This document shows positions 39,434-48,590 of a stretch of DNA of 64,000 nucleotides, in pieces. The stretch covers positions 294,978 through 358,977 of the forward strand of contig CAXXKP010000006.1 of NCBI GenBank assembly GCA_963663665.2. The letters are read 5' to 3'. Position 1 is the first letter of the stretch. Each line of letters begins with the position of its first letter. Made by a program: the position numbers and the translations under genes. Below the pieces are notes generated by a model that worked only from the letters and a program-made list of their open reading frames with translations, was not told the DNA's origin and searched no databases. The DNA is from Sphaerochaetaceae bacterium (lineage in GTDB: Bacteria; Spirochaetota; Spirochaetia; Sphaerochaetales; Sphaerochaetaceae).

Positions 39434-40573
39434 CTAGTAGTATGATTTTTTACTCATATCGCGCCAATTATTAGGAGAAAAACCCATCGCTCTTTTAAAA
39501 TGAGCATAAAATCTCTGGCTTGTAGAGAACCCACTTTCAACTGCAATACTTTCTATTGTTTTATTTGTTTCTCTCAAAAGTCTTTTTGCAACTTTAAGTC
39601 GTTGCTCGATAATCTCATTGAGTATAGTACGTCCTCTCATTTTCTTCCATTTCAATTCCAAGTTTCTTCTAGAGGTTCCACTAATCGCAGCCACATCTTG
39701 TACATTAATGCCATAGCTTACATGTTCCTTTATGAACAAAAGAGCTTTGTGGACGATTTCATCCTGTGTCAAAAATATTTGGGTACTCTCTCTTTCCACA
39801 ACCTCAAGGGGACTAATGAGAGTGACCCTTTGTACACCTTCCTTCTTTTCAAGTAATGAATATGTTAGAAAAGCAGCATTGTATCCAATAGAAAAACAAT
39901 CTAGCGCTACACTCGTAAGTGATGGATTAGCAAGAGTACACAAAAGAGGATCATTGTCGACACTTACCACGCTCATTTGAGAAGGTATAAGGTATCCAAG
40001 ATCAAGAATATGACGACTAACTTTTACAGCTACGATATCATTAGAACAGAAGATTGCAGTAGGTACTTCTAGAGATTTCAAGAATTGATTGAGAACATTA
40101 CTTGGTTTGGGACTCTTATATTGAGAAAGAGATTGGGTAAATATAGCAATTTCTTGCATATCTAAAGAAAGAGCATCTGAAAATCCCTTGAGTCGAAGAA
40201 GTGACCATGAAGCATCTTTGACTCCACAGTAAGCAAATGAAAGAACCCCTAAATCTCGCATAAAGTTACCAACTCTTTTTCCAGTAGCTTCATCATCATT
40301 TTGAACTCTAAACACTCCAATTCCATCGAATGTACCAGCAATATCTATAATAGGAATATGAAGGCTACTATAATGGAGAGCATCACTTTGATTCTCTATC
40401 CTCGTAATGAGCGCATCAAGATGTTCTTCCTTCCTGATGTATAAATCACTGAGGCCTCCTATTGGGCCGCTAAGACGCCAAGATGGTTGTGTTTTTGCAA
40501 ATTCAATGATTCCTCGAGTAACTTCTTTATCATAGGTATCATGGAAATGGAGAGATATCCCAATGGTCAACAT
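39434..40573 (-). CDS. AraC-family regulator with periplasmic-binding-like sensor domain (XylR-type)
   Basis: N-terminal PBP-like domain plus a C-terminal double HTH (..IAVESGFSTSQRFYAHFKR..G.SP..WR). Confidence 0.85.
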   Translation of the reverse strand: MLTIGISLHFHDTYDKEVTRGIIEFAKTQPSWRLSGPIGGLSDLYIRKEEHLDALITRIENQSDALHYSSLHIPIIDIAGTFDGIGVFRVQNDDEATGKRVGNFMRDLGVLSFAYCGVKDASWSLLRLKGFSDALSLDMQEIAIFTQSLSQYKSPKPSNVLNQFLKSLEVPTAIFCSNDIVAVKVSRHILDLGYLIPSQMSVVSVDNDPLLCTLANPSLTSVALDCFSIGYNAAFLTYSLLEKKEGVQRVTLISPLEVVERESTQIFLTQDEIVHKALLFIKEHVSYGINVQDVAAISGTSRRNLELKWKKMRGRTILNEIIEQRLKVAKRLLRETNKTIESIAVESGFSTSQRFYAHFKRAMGFSPNNWRDMSKKSYY

Positions 40574-40687
40574 CTAGTAAATATACCACATCTTTTCGTA
40601 AAACAATATATTCTTATCGTATTTTACGTATTGCATTCTTAATTATACATGATACGATTTACCTAGATATATAACTAGGAGAAATGA

Positions 40688-41686
40688 GTGAGTACTAACC
40701 AATATTTTACTATAAAGAGTAGTGGGAAAAAAATCCCAACAATAGGACTCGGAACCTTCGGATCTGACCATATTAATCCCAAAGATATCGCTAAGAGTGT
40801 ACTCTTTGCAATAGAACATGGATATCGCCATATAGATTGTGCAAGTGTATATGGAAATGAAAAAGAAATCGGAGAAGTTTTAGACAGGGTAATTTCTTCA
40901 GGACTCGTTAAAAGAGAAGAGCTATGGATTACCTCAAAACTTTGGAATGATGCCCATGAACCAGAGTCTGCACGTGCTTCTTTTTATAAAAGTCTGAAAG
41001 ACTTGAGGCTAGAGTATCTTGACCTTTATTTAATTCACTGGCCTTTTCCAAACTACCATCCACCTAAGTGTTCAATCGATTCTAGAAGCCCTAATGCTAC
41101 ACCTTATTACCATGAGTCGTTTATGAAAACATGGAAAGTCCTAGAAGAGTTTGCCCAAAAAGGACTCACACGACATATTGGTACGTCAAATATGACAGTT
41201 CCGAAACTTGAACTTCTCTTACAAGATACCGTAGTTCCTGTCAGTGTAAATGAGATGGAAATTCATCCCCATTTTCAACAACCTGAACTTAAAAAATTCT
41301 GTGATGATCATAACATTACCTGTATAGGATACTCACCTCTTGGGTCTCCTCATCGTCCGCTTAGAGATAGAACAGAAGATGATACTGTTGACATGGAAGA
41401 TGAGGTGATTATAGAGATTGCAAAAGCACATAACGTACATCCGGCTTCTATATGCCTCAAATGGGCGGTAGCAAACAATCATGTTCCTATTCCCTTATCG
41501 ACAAATGAGAGAAATATTCTTTCTAACCTAGATGCTGTGAATACAGATCCTCTCACCGAAGAAGAAAAATTTGCTATAGATCGTATTGATAAGAATTGCA
41601 GACTCATCAAAGGCCACGTTTTTTTGTGGGAAGGGGCAACTGACTGGCATGATTTATGGGATGAAGATGGAAGAATAACAAACTAA
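40688..41686 (+). CDS. aldo/keto reductase
   Basis: GLGTFG, GYRHIDCASVYGNE, LWITSKLWN and LIHWP motifs. GTG start 7 nt after AGGAG. Confidence 0.9.
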   Translation: MSTNQYFTIKSSGKKIPTIGLGTFGSDHINPKDIAKSVLFAIEHGYRHIDCASVYGNEKEIGEVLDRVISSGLVKREELWITSKLWNDAHEPESARASFYKSLKDLRLEYLDLYLIHWPFPNYHPPKCSIDSRSPNATPYYHESFMKTWKVLEEFAQKGLTRHIGTSNMTVPKLELLLQDTVVPVSVNEMEIHPHFQQPELKKFCDDHNITCIGYSPLGSPHRPLRDRTEDDTVDMEDEVIIEIAKAHNVHPASICLKWAVANNHVPIPLSTNERNILSNLDAVNTDPLTEEEKFAIDRIDKNCRLIKGHVFLWEGATDWHDLWDEDGRITN

Positions 41687-41846
41687 AAATACTAGATAGA
41701 TAAGGATAATTGATAACTATTATTCTTATCAACAAATTGCTCATACTAGTCTTGGGTGTATGCGCTATAAGAGAGTAATCCACTACCTTAATAGTGGTAG
41801 TGGTGTTCTTCAGAGTTGTTATAAGAGACAATATAATTACAAAGTT

Positions 41847-42818
41847 CTACTGAATTGGTCGTAATTCAATAATGGGAGCCCTATCCTTTTCTGAATAATC
41901 AAAGAGAAAATTGAAAGGAGCTTTCGGTATTTTATACCCAAATAAGAGAAGAATTGGCTCTAGTTCTTTAATAACATCTTCATGTAGTTGAGAGATATCA
42001 ACATCTATACTAAATAGTCCGTCTGATGATAGTTCCATCTTTCCATCTAATTCGATGAGAGGGAATTGTAGTAATAGATGATTTACCCTTAAAGATTCTT
42101 CATGAGTTGAAGATTCAACCTCCACACTTTCACCTTTAAAATTATGTTCGTCCTTAAGCCAAGAGGAGTCTGCTGTTAATAGAGGAACCGAACTTATCTG
42201 AGTCGTTGGGAAATGGAGCACGGGCTTTGTAATTTTCAAATTAAGAATATCCATTACCTTTATGATAGATGTTAGATTTTCTATTGTAGTATTCCCATCA
42301 ATATTACCAATGAAGAATACATTACCCACATCTCCACTAAGAGAAAAATCTACATCTTCTTGCTTATAGGTAAATTGGCTCACTAACATATCTAATGAAT
42401 AGAGATTGGCATTGTTGATGTCTTTGAGAACAACTCGCCCTTTTACTTCTGCATCTAAGGAATTAAAATTAACATTGTGTTCTCTCGATGTAATCTGTGC
42501 GCCTAACATTGATATATGTACCTGAGAAAGTTCTCTATTTTTTGTGAATATTAAATCAATTGCTTGATCCCTAGTAATAGACACAGAAGCTTGTTCTATC
42601 TGTGCAAAGATATCTGGTTGATCGACATATATTTCAGTAGCAATAACTGTTGGATGTAATAATTTTATATCAATAGATGATACACTTATCCCAGATGAAG
42701 AGTTAATTATTTTCAATAATTGGCTTTCTCCAACCTGCAGTGCAACAATGATGAGAATTACAATAAAAAGCACAATAGAGAAAGTAATAATTACCCACTT
42801 TAATGCTCGGCTTCTCAT
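41847..42818 (-). CDS. hypothetical membrane-anchored protein
   Basis: N-terminal TM helix (WVIITFSIVLFIVILIIVAL), remainder soluble. No family recognised. Confidence 0.5.
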   Translation of the reverse strand: MRSRALKWVIITFSIVLFIVILIIVALQVGESQLLKIINSSSGISVSSIDIKLLHPTVIATEIYVDQPDIFAQIEQASVSITRDQAIDLIFTKNRELSQVHISMLGAQITSREHNVNFNSLDAEVKGRVVLKDINNANLYSLDMLVSQFTYKQEDVDFSLSGDVGNVFFIGNIDGNTTIENLTSIIKVMDILNLKITKPVLHFPTTQISSVPLLTADSSWLKDEHNFKGESVEVESSTHEESLRVNHLLLQFPLIELDGKMELSSDGLFSIDVDISQLHEDVIKELEPILLLFGYKIPKAPFNFLFDYSEKDRAPIIELRPIQ

Positions 42819-42904
42819 ACTCTAACACCTCCCCTTCTTTATATAGTATACACGTTTTTTTCAGTAGTGGAATAGTGATTGAATTTTTGCTATTATAGGT
42901 AAAT

Positions 42905-43459
42905 ATGAATACTTATATCGTACACGAAAAAGATCAACGAGAAGAAGCAATACTAACTACTACAAGAACTATAATGAGTGCAGCTCGAACAGCTCCTAAG
43001 GCAAAAGGAGTAGATCACCTCACAATTGTCTCAGTGAATAAAGAGGGTAGAAATGCAATAGCATCTAAGATGAGGGAAATGGTTGAAGAGAATAAAGCTG
43101 ATTCGTTTTTTCTTCGAGATGCTATGAATCTAGACCTCGCTGATGGACTCGTTCTCATTGGTACAACTATCGTCCCCATGAGACTTAATCATTGTGGATT
43201 ATGTGGGTTTGAAAGTTGTGCTCAAAAAGAAGCTCTATCTCCTTCAACACCTTGTTCGTTTAATACAGGAGACTTAGGAATCGCAATTGGTTCTGCTGTT
43301 TCTATTGCAGCTGATTTTAGGGTTGATAATAGGGTAATGTTCTCTGTAGGAATGGCAGCAAGAGAGTTAGGGTTAGTATCAGAAGATGTGAAAATCATAC
43401 AAGCAATTGTCCTTTCAATCAAAGGGAAAAATATCTTCTTTGATAGAAAAAGTAACTAG
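42905..43459 (+). CDS. ferredoxin-domain protein of unknown function (DUF2148/COG4739-like)
   Basis: 184 aa with a CGLCGFESC cluster. Family assignment from memory of the pattern only. Confidence 0.5.
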   Translation: MNTYIVHEKDQREEAILTTTRTIMSAARTAPKAKGVDHLTIVSVNKEGRNAIASKMREMVEENKADSFFLRDAMNLDLADGLVLIGTTIVPMRLNHCGLCGFESCAQKEALSPSTPCSFNTGDLGIAIGSAVSIAADFRVDNRVMFSVGMAARELGLVSEDVKIIQAIVLSIKGKNIFFDRKSN

Positions 43460-44484
43460 TTTTTGTCAATACTCGTATTAATGATTTTTAGTTCAGGTGT
43501 TATCACGATCTTTTCAAAAGGCCCTTTAAAGTCCCCTTTCAAACGCCTTAATAAAAGTCTAACCACTTCAGACCCTATAATTTCCTGTGGTTGTCTCATC
43601 GCATAATGGCAGAAAGCCAATAGTGGTGAATAACTTAAATAGTCAAAACTTGCTAAGACAAACTCATTCCTTTGTTTTAAAGGTAGATGCTCGATCAAAT
43701 GAGCTGTAACCCCTAAGTGTAACAAGTCGTTAGCTATAAGATAGGCTTTTGGAGGATTTTCTTTCTTTAAGAACTGTTCCATTGCCTTGTGTCCATCTTG
43801 TATTGTCATTGTTCCATGTAAGTAGATAAAATCTTTCTCAACAGGAAGATCTAATTCTCTCATACTCTGAAGATACCCAGCATAGCGCTCATTAGCTGTG
43901 AGAATGTCGTTATCTCCTCCAATGTACCCGATGCGAGTAAATCCTTCTTTGTATAGAGAATGAACCATTTGTTTGACGCCATAACGATTATCTACGAGGA
44001 CAGCATCTGCATTAATTCCTTCAATATAACGGTCTACCATCACCATAGGGACTCTTGATACAGATTTTGTGGACAAATGATGACCTTGAATACCTGCAGG
44101 GATTACCACAAGTGCATCTACATTTCTATCAAGTAAAACTTGAATTCTTTTTTTTTCTTCTTCAATATTATCGTTGGAACAGCTGATAATCATGGTGTAC
44201 CCAAGAGGGGTAAGGAGTTGATCCATTACCTCAACAACTTCCATGAAATAGACATTACTCAATTTAGGTGCAACTATACCTATGGTATTCGTAAATCTCA
44301 TCTTGAGGGATCTTGCTACTTCATTTCTGTTATAGCCCAACTTATTCATCACTCTTAACACATTATTTCTTGTATCAACAGTCACAGAATCATGATTATT
44401 TAATACTCGAGAAACAGTTGCTATAGAAACGCCGGCATCATGAGCAACTTCTTTAATGGTTATGGGATGATGAGAATGTCTCAT
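43456..44484 (-). CDS. LacI-family transcriptional regulator
   Basis: HTH IKEVAHDAGVSIATVSRVLNN. 342 aa. Last gene of the ribose-type ABC cluster. Confidence 0.9.
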   Translation of the reverse strand: MRHSHHPITIKEVAHDAGVSIATVSRVLNNHDSVTVDTRNNVLRVMNKLGYNRNEVARSLKMRFTNTIGIVAPKLSNVYFMEVVEVMDQLLTPLGYTMIISCSNDNIEEEKKRIQVLLDRNVDALVVIPAGIQGHHLSTKSVSRVPMVMVDRYIEGINADAVLVDNRYGVKQMVHSLYKEGFTRIGYIGGDNDILTANERYAGYLQSMRELDLPVEKDFIYLHGTMTIQDGHKAMEQFLKKENPPKAYLIANDLLHLGVTAHLIEHLPLKQRNEFVLASFDYLSYSPLLAFCHYAMRQPQEIIGSEVVRLLLRRLKGDFKGPFEKIVITPELKIINTSIDKN

Positions 44485-44499
44485 TCAAATTACTTCCTT

Positions 44500-44526
44500 T
44501 AAAAATGGGGTCCAATACAGGACCCC
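44500..44526 (-). terminator. terminator/attenuator between the binding-protein gene and the LacI gene
   Basis: Minus strand: GGGGTCC-TGTATT-GGACCCC followed by ATTTTTAAA. Confidence 0.55.
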
Positions 44527-44550
44527 ATTAAAGATTTAATGCTTAGTAGA

Positions 44551-45648
44551 TCAATCGTAGATTAATCCAGCAATATCAGCATCATCCATGTTCATGTAGT
44601 TATAGAATTTTGCACCAGTGTCAACATCGGCAACTTTTTCGCCTTTGTATGCTTTGTATGAAAGTTCTACAGCTTTATAACCGATCATGTAAGGATCCTG
44701 TGTGATTGATCCGAGGAAGTATTGGTTACGAACAGCATTCTTTTGAGCAGCACCAGCATCATAACCTACAACAACTATGTTTTTATACATAGCATTGTTT
44801 TTTAAAGCTGCGCCATCGTTTGTTGCTGCTAAGAGACCTTTTACAGTAGCTTCGTTTGAACAGAAAATACCAAGGATATTGTCTGAAGTAGCTTTGCTTA
44901 ATACTGCTTGAGATGCATTTGTTGCATCTGTCATTGCTGCTGATGCAGGAACAACCATTTCAATAATAACTTTTTTGCCACTTGTTGGGCTGTCCGCTGC
45001 AATATAAGCAGTGTTTCCAACAACAGAAATGTCACTTAAGCTAAGAGCTGTGTTGTCAGCAATTAATTTAACAATAGTATCTCTGAAACCTTTACCACGG
45101 CTAAGGAGTGATTCACCTGAAGCATCTTGGTTCATAACCACGATTTTTACAGGTTTAGCAACTGTAGCTTTTTCAATACTTGGTTTGATTACATCAAACA
45201 TCTTTTGTGCAGCTAAACCAGCAGCAGCATAGTTGTTTGTAGAAGCATTAGCCCAGATTGAGCCTTGTGGAGCTTCAGGTACACCTGAGTCAAAACCGAT
45301 TACTGGGATTCCAGCATTCTTTGTTTGTTGAAGTTGATCAAGAACACTACTTGTATTTAATGCTGCAAGAGCAATAGCTACAGGGTTTTTTGCCATAGCG
45401 TTATTCAACATTTCAACCTGAATTTGTACATCGCTTTCTGAAGGAGGTCCTTCAAATGTGATGTCTACACCATATTCTTTAGCAGCAGCATTTGCTCCTA
45501 ATTTTACTTGTTGCCAGAAATCGTGTTGTTCCCCTTTTGATACAACAGCGATGTAAGGCTTACCTGCTTCCTGTGTCCCCTGAGCAAATAATGGGGTCAA
45601 TGAAACGAGAATAACCAGTGCCATTAAGGCTATCAAGGTTTTTTTCAT
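44551..45648 (-). CDS. sugar ABC substrate-binding protein (ribose/PBP type I family)
   Basis: Signal peptide MKKTLIALMALVILVSLTPLFAQGTQE. Periplasmic-binding-protein type I pattern. Confidence 0.9.
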   Translation of the reverse strand: MKKTLIALMALVILVSLTPLFAQGTQEAGKPYIAVVSKGEQHDFWQQVKLGANAAAKEYGVDITFEGPPSESDVQIQVEMLNNAMAKNPVAIALAALNTSSVLDQLQQTKNAGIPVIGFDSGVPEAPQGSIWANASTNNYAAAGLAAQKMFDVIKPSIEKATVAKPVKIVVMNQDASGESLLSRGKGFRDTIVKLIADNTALSLSDISVVGNTAYIAADSPTSGKKVIIEMVVPASAAMTDATNASQAVLSKATSDNILGIFCSNEATVKGLLAATNDGAALKNNAMYKNIVVVGYDAGAAQKNAVRNQYFLGSITQDPYMIGYKAVELSYKAYKGEKVADVDTGAKFYNYMNMDDADIAGLIYD

Positions 45649-45726
45649 GTCTACCTCCTAAATTTTAAAGAGCATACACCCTTTATCGAAACCAAATTTT
45701 TCAGCTGAAACTCAGCTGTCACAAAC

Positions 45727-46926
45727 TTATTTAGTGAATTCTTTCTCACTTTTCTTGAGAGAAGCTTTTTCCATCTTCTCTTGTCGTACCATATTTTTGT
45801 AAGTACTATTCATTTCCATTTTTAATTCTTTTATCTTCTTTTCAGATCCACTTGTTCCATCTGTTTTAAGCTGCGCAATCTGCTTCATGATATCTTCTTT
45901 ATACAATACAGAAGGGGCTGATATTTTCACTTCAGTAGCTCTCTTCGTTCTGTATATATCAAGTAAAACAGCACCAAGAACAACAACACCTGTAAAGAAT
46001 GTTTGATACTGAGATTGTAAGTCCATCGAAGGAAGACCTGCCCTTAATACACTCATGATATAGACACCAATCATAGTACCTAAAACAGATCCAGCACCAC
46101 CTGAGAGGCTTGTGCCACCTATTACAGCTCCAGCAATAGCATATAGTTCGAAACCTTGTCCTTGTGCTGGCATAACAGTCGTATATACAGCAGCGAATGC
46201 AATACCACCAACACCTGCTAAGAATCCTGACACAACATACGCCATCATCTCCCATTTTTGGACATCAACACCGCTGAGACGTGCTGCTTCTTTATTGCTA
46301 CCTACGGCGAAGATATAGCGCCCCATCTTCGTTCTAGTTAAGATTATATAAGCAATAAATGCTGTTCCAAAAAGTACTAGGGCTCCAGTTGGAAGTGATG
46401 TGTTATCGTCAGTAATAAACTTAAAAATTCCTTTAAACCAACCATCTTCAGCTCCTCGAGCAGGGAATGTTGCACTTCTAACATTTGAAACGATAGAACC
46501 TACCCCCAAACTAATCATCATAGTACCTAATGTTGCAATAAATGGTGGAAGAGAAAGTCTTGAAACCATAATCCCATTAAAGAGACCAAATGCTGTAGAG
46601 ACAACAATAATTAGGATAAGAGAAAGCCACATGGGCCATCCCCATGTTTTATATGCTGTTCCACCAATTATTGTTGCAGCCATCATTACTGTCCCACAAG
46701 AAAGGTCTATCCCTCCAGTGATAATTACAAATGTAACTCCAATTGCAATAAAGCCAATATAGTAGGAGGAGTCTAGAATATTAACAAGTGTAGTATACGA
46801 GAAAAAGTTTCGCCCAAAGATTGCAAAAAATGCATAAACAATTACGAGGGCTAATGGCGCTAACAATTTTTGTAGGCTCAAGCCTTCTTTGAAATCATGT
46901 TTTAAATTTTTTGTTGTATTACTCAT
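45727..46926 (-). CDS. sugar ABC permease (RbsC/BPD_transp_2 type) with charged C-terminal extension
   Basis: About 330-aa RbsC-like core plus an approximately 70-aa K/E-rich tail. Confidence 0.9.
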   Translation of the reverse strand: MSNTTKNLKHDFKEGLSLQKLLAPLALVIVYAFFAIFGRNFFSYTTLVNILDSSYYIGFIAIGVTFVIITGGIDLSCGTVMMAATIIGGTAYKTWGWPMWLSLILIIVVSTAFGLFNGIMVSRLSLPPFIATLGTMMISLGVGSIVSNVRSATFPARGAEDGWFKGIFKFITDDNTSLPTGALVLFGTAFIAYIILTRTKMGRYIFAVGSNKEAARLSGVDVQKWEMMAYVVSGFLAGVGGIAFAAVYTTVMPAQGQGFELYAIAGAVIGGTSLSGGAGSVLGTMIGVYIMSVLRAGLPSMDLQSQYQTFFTGVVVLGAVLLDIYRTKRATEVKISAPSVLYKEDIMKQIAQLKTDGTSGSEKKIKELKMEMNSTYKNMVRQEKMEKASLKKSEKEFTK

Positions 46927-46941
46927 GTAATCTCACTCCTA

Positions 46942-48438
46942 TTATCTGCTGGTCGCAAGAGCCATGATATTCTCACTCTTTGCATCTTCAATATTCACAA
47001 AACCGGTAAGTTTTCCTTCACACATAACAGCAACTCTATCACTCATACGGAGGACTTCTGCAAGTTCACTACTTATCATAATAATAGATTTGCCTTCCTT
47101 TTGAACAAGCTCATTCATAAGGTGATAAATTTCACTTTTAGCACCAACATCAATCCCTCGAGTTGGCTCATCAAAAATAAGTATTGAACTATTTTTAATT
47201 AACCATTTAGCAATAACAACTTTTTGCTGATTTCCGCCAGATAAGTTTTTCACTATCTGGTCTAAAGAAGGAGTCTTAACTTTAAGCTTATCGGTATACT
47301 CTTTACTGATTTTCTTCATAGCTTTTCTAGGAAGGAAAAGTCCAGGTGCTAGATCTTCAAAACTTGACATAATGGCATTCTCATGGACTGAAAGTTTTAG
47401 AGCAAGCCCGTACCTTTTTCTGTCTTCAGACAAATACCCAATACCCTTTTTTACTGCATCCATTGGAGACTCTATAAGAGCTTTTTGCCCGTTAATGTAA
47501 ATATTTCCTGTAGATCTATCGGCACCGAATACAGCCCTCATTGTCTCTGTTCTTCCAGCTCCCATAAGACCTGCAAAACCGAGTATTTCTCCTTTATGTA
47601 ATTCAAAGGAAACATTCTGTACTTGGCGCCCAGCGTTGAGATTTTCAACTTTAAGAACTACAGGAGCATCGGGTGGTACATTTGAATGACTTTTGGGCTT
47701 CTCATAAATGACCCGACCGACCATCATATTAATCATCTCTTCTTTGGTGATTTCTTTAGTATTTTTTGTTCCGACATACTCGCCATCTCGGAGAACCGTC
47801 ACTCTATCGGTAATTACACCAATTTCATCAAGACGGTGTGAGATATAAATCATAGCGACGCCTTTTTTAGCTAAGTCTCTCATGATTATAAATAAATCAT
47901 CAATTTCTCTCTCTGTAAGAGCAGCTGAAGGTTCATCAAGAATGAGAATCTTGAGATTGTGAGAAACAGCTTTTGCAATTTCAACCATTTGTTGCTTACC
48001 AACAGTCAGGTTACTCAATTTCTCTTCAGGATCGATATTCATATTGAGTCGTTTAAATAACTCTCTAGCCTTCTCATTCTGCCCTTTCTCATCAAGCCAC
48101 CATGAGGTTTTCTTAGTACTTTCTCTACCAATAAATAAATTTTGAGCAACACTAAGATGTTCCATCATATTCAATTCTTGGTGAACTATTGCGATACCAA
48201 CATCAAGAGCATCCTTTGGTCCTAATGGATTAAATAGTTTCCCCATATAGTGTATCTCACCTGAATCCTTAGGAAAGATTCCTGTGAGAGCTTTCATGAG
48301 AGTAGATTTTCCGGCACCATTCTCTCCTACTAGAGCATGGATTTCTCCTTCAACAAGTTCAAAGTCCACCCCCTTCAAAGCATGGACACCAGCAAATCTT
48401 TTATCGATCTTTTGCATCGAAAGTACTACGTTACTCAC
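46942..48438 (-). CDS. sugar ABC ATPase, duplicated ATP-binding cassettes (RbsA-like)
   Basis: Two cassettes (GENGAGKST; LSGGNQQK). Start moved to GTG 48438, 8 nt after AAGGAG; the track start 48447 overlaps the SD. Confidence 0.9.
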   Translation of the reverse strand: MSNVVLSMQKIDKRFAGVHALKGVDFELVEGEIHALVGENGAGKSTLMKALTGIFPKDSGEIHYMGKLFNPLGPKDALDVGIAIVHQELNMMEHLSVAQNLFIGRESTKKTSWWLDEKGQNEKARELFKRLNMNIDPEEKLSNLTVGKQQMVEIAKAVSHNLKILILDEPSAALTEREIDDLFIIMRDLAKKGVAMIYISHRLDEIGVITDRVTVLRDGEYVGTKNTKEITKEEMINMMVGRVIYEKPKSHSNVPPDAPVVLKVENLNAGRQVQNVSFELHKGEILGFAGLMGAGRTETMRAVFGADRSTGNIYINGQKALIESPMDAVKKGIGYLSEDRKRYGLALKLSVHENAIMSSFEDLAPGLFLPRKAMKKISKEYTDKLKVKTPSLDQIVKNLSGGNQQKVVIAKWLIKNSSILIFDEPTRGIDVGAKSEIYHLMNELVQKEGKSIIMISSELAEVLRMSDRVAVMCEGKLTGFVNIEDAKSENIMALATSR

Positions 48439-48496
48439 AGCTGACACTCCTTATACTCTCTATGTTCACATACCTTTTTTAAGATGTCAAGAAAAA

Positions 48497-48514
48497 TTTG
48501 TAAACGTTTACAAA
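48497..48514. promoter_or_regulatory. perfect 18-bp LacI/cre-type operator TTTGTAAACGTTTACAAA
   Basis: Perfect palindrome containing TGTAAACGTTTACA, 7 nt upstream of a minus-strand TTGACA (48490-48485), about 60 nt upstream of the ATPase start. Confidence 0.65.
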
Positions 48515-48539
48515 AAAATTTATCCAGATTTAACCAAAC

Positions 48540-48568
48540 AAAAAAACTCCACCTTTATAGATGGAGTC
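48540..48568 (-). terminator. rho-independent terminator of lepA
   Basis: Minus strand: GACTCCATCT-ATAA-AGGTGGAGT followed by a T-run. Confidence 0.65.
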
Positions 48569-48590
48569 TTCGAAAATTGTACTGTATATG

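Noticed and set aside
40593-40631. Inverted CGTAAAA...TTTTACG pair and TACGTA in the AraC/aldo-keto-reductase divergent region, as AraC half-sites.
   Set aside because: The arms are only 7 bp in very AT-rich DNA, and the spacing is not clearly that of AraC-type direct repeats. This is too weak to call.
41699-41800. Two hairpins (GATAAGGATAAT...ATTATTCTTATC, and CCACTAC...GTAGTGG) in the convergent gap after the aldo-keto-reductase gene, as a possible small RNA.
   Set aside because: They are most simply explained as terminators for the two convergent genes. No promoter-like element or conserved motif was seen.
44148-44156. T9 (A9 on the coding strand) homopolymer inside the LacI gene, as a possible phase-variation tract.
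   Set aside because: It encodes an ordinary EEEKKR stretch. Runs of 8-9 A/T are common in this AT-rich sequence, including terminators, and there is no evidence of frame disruption.
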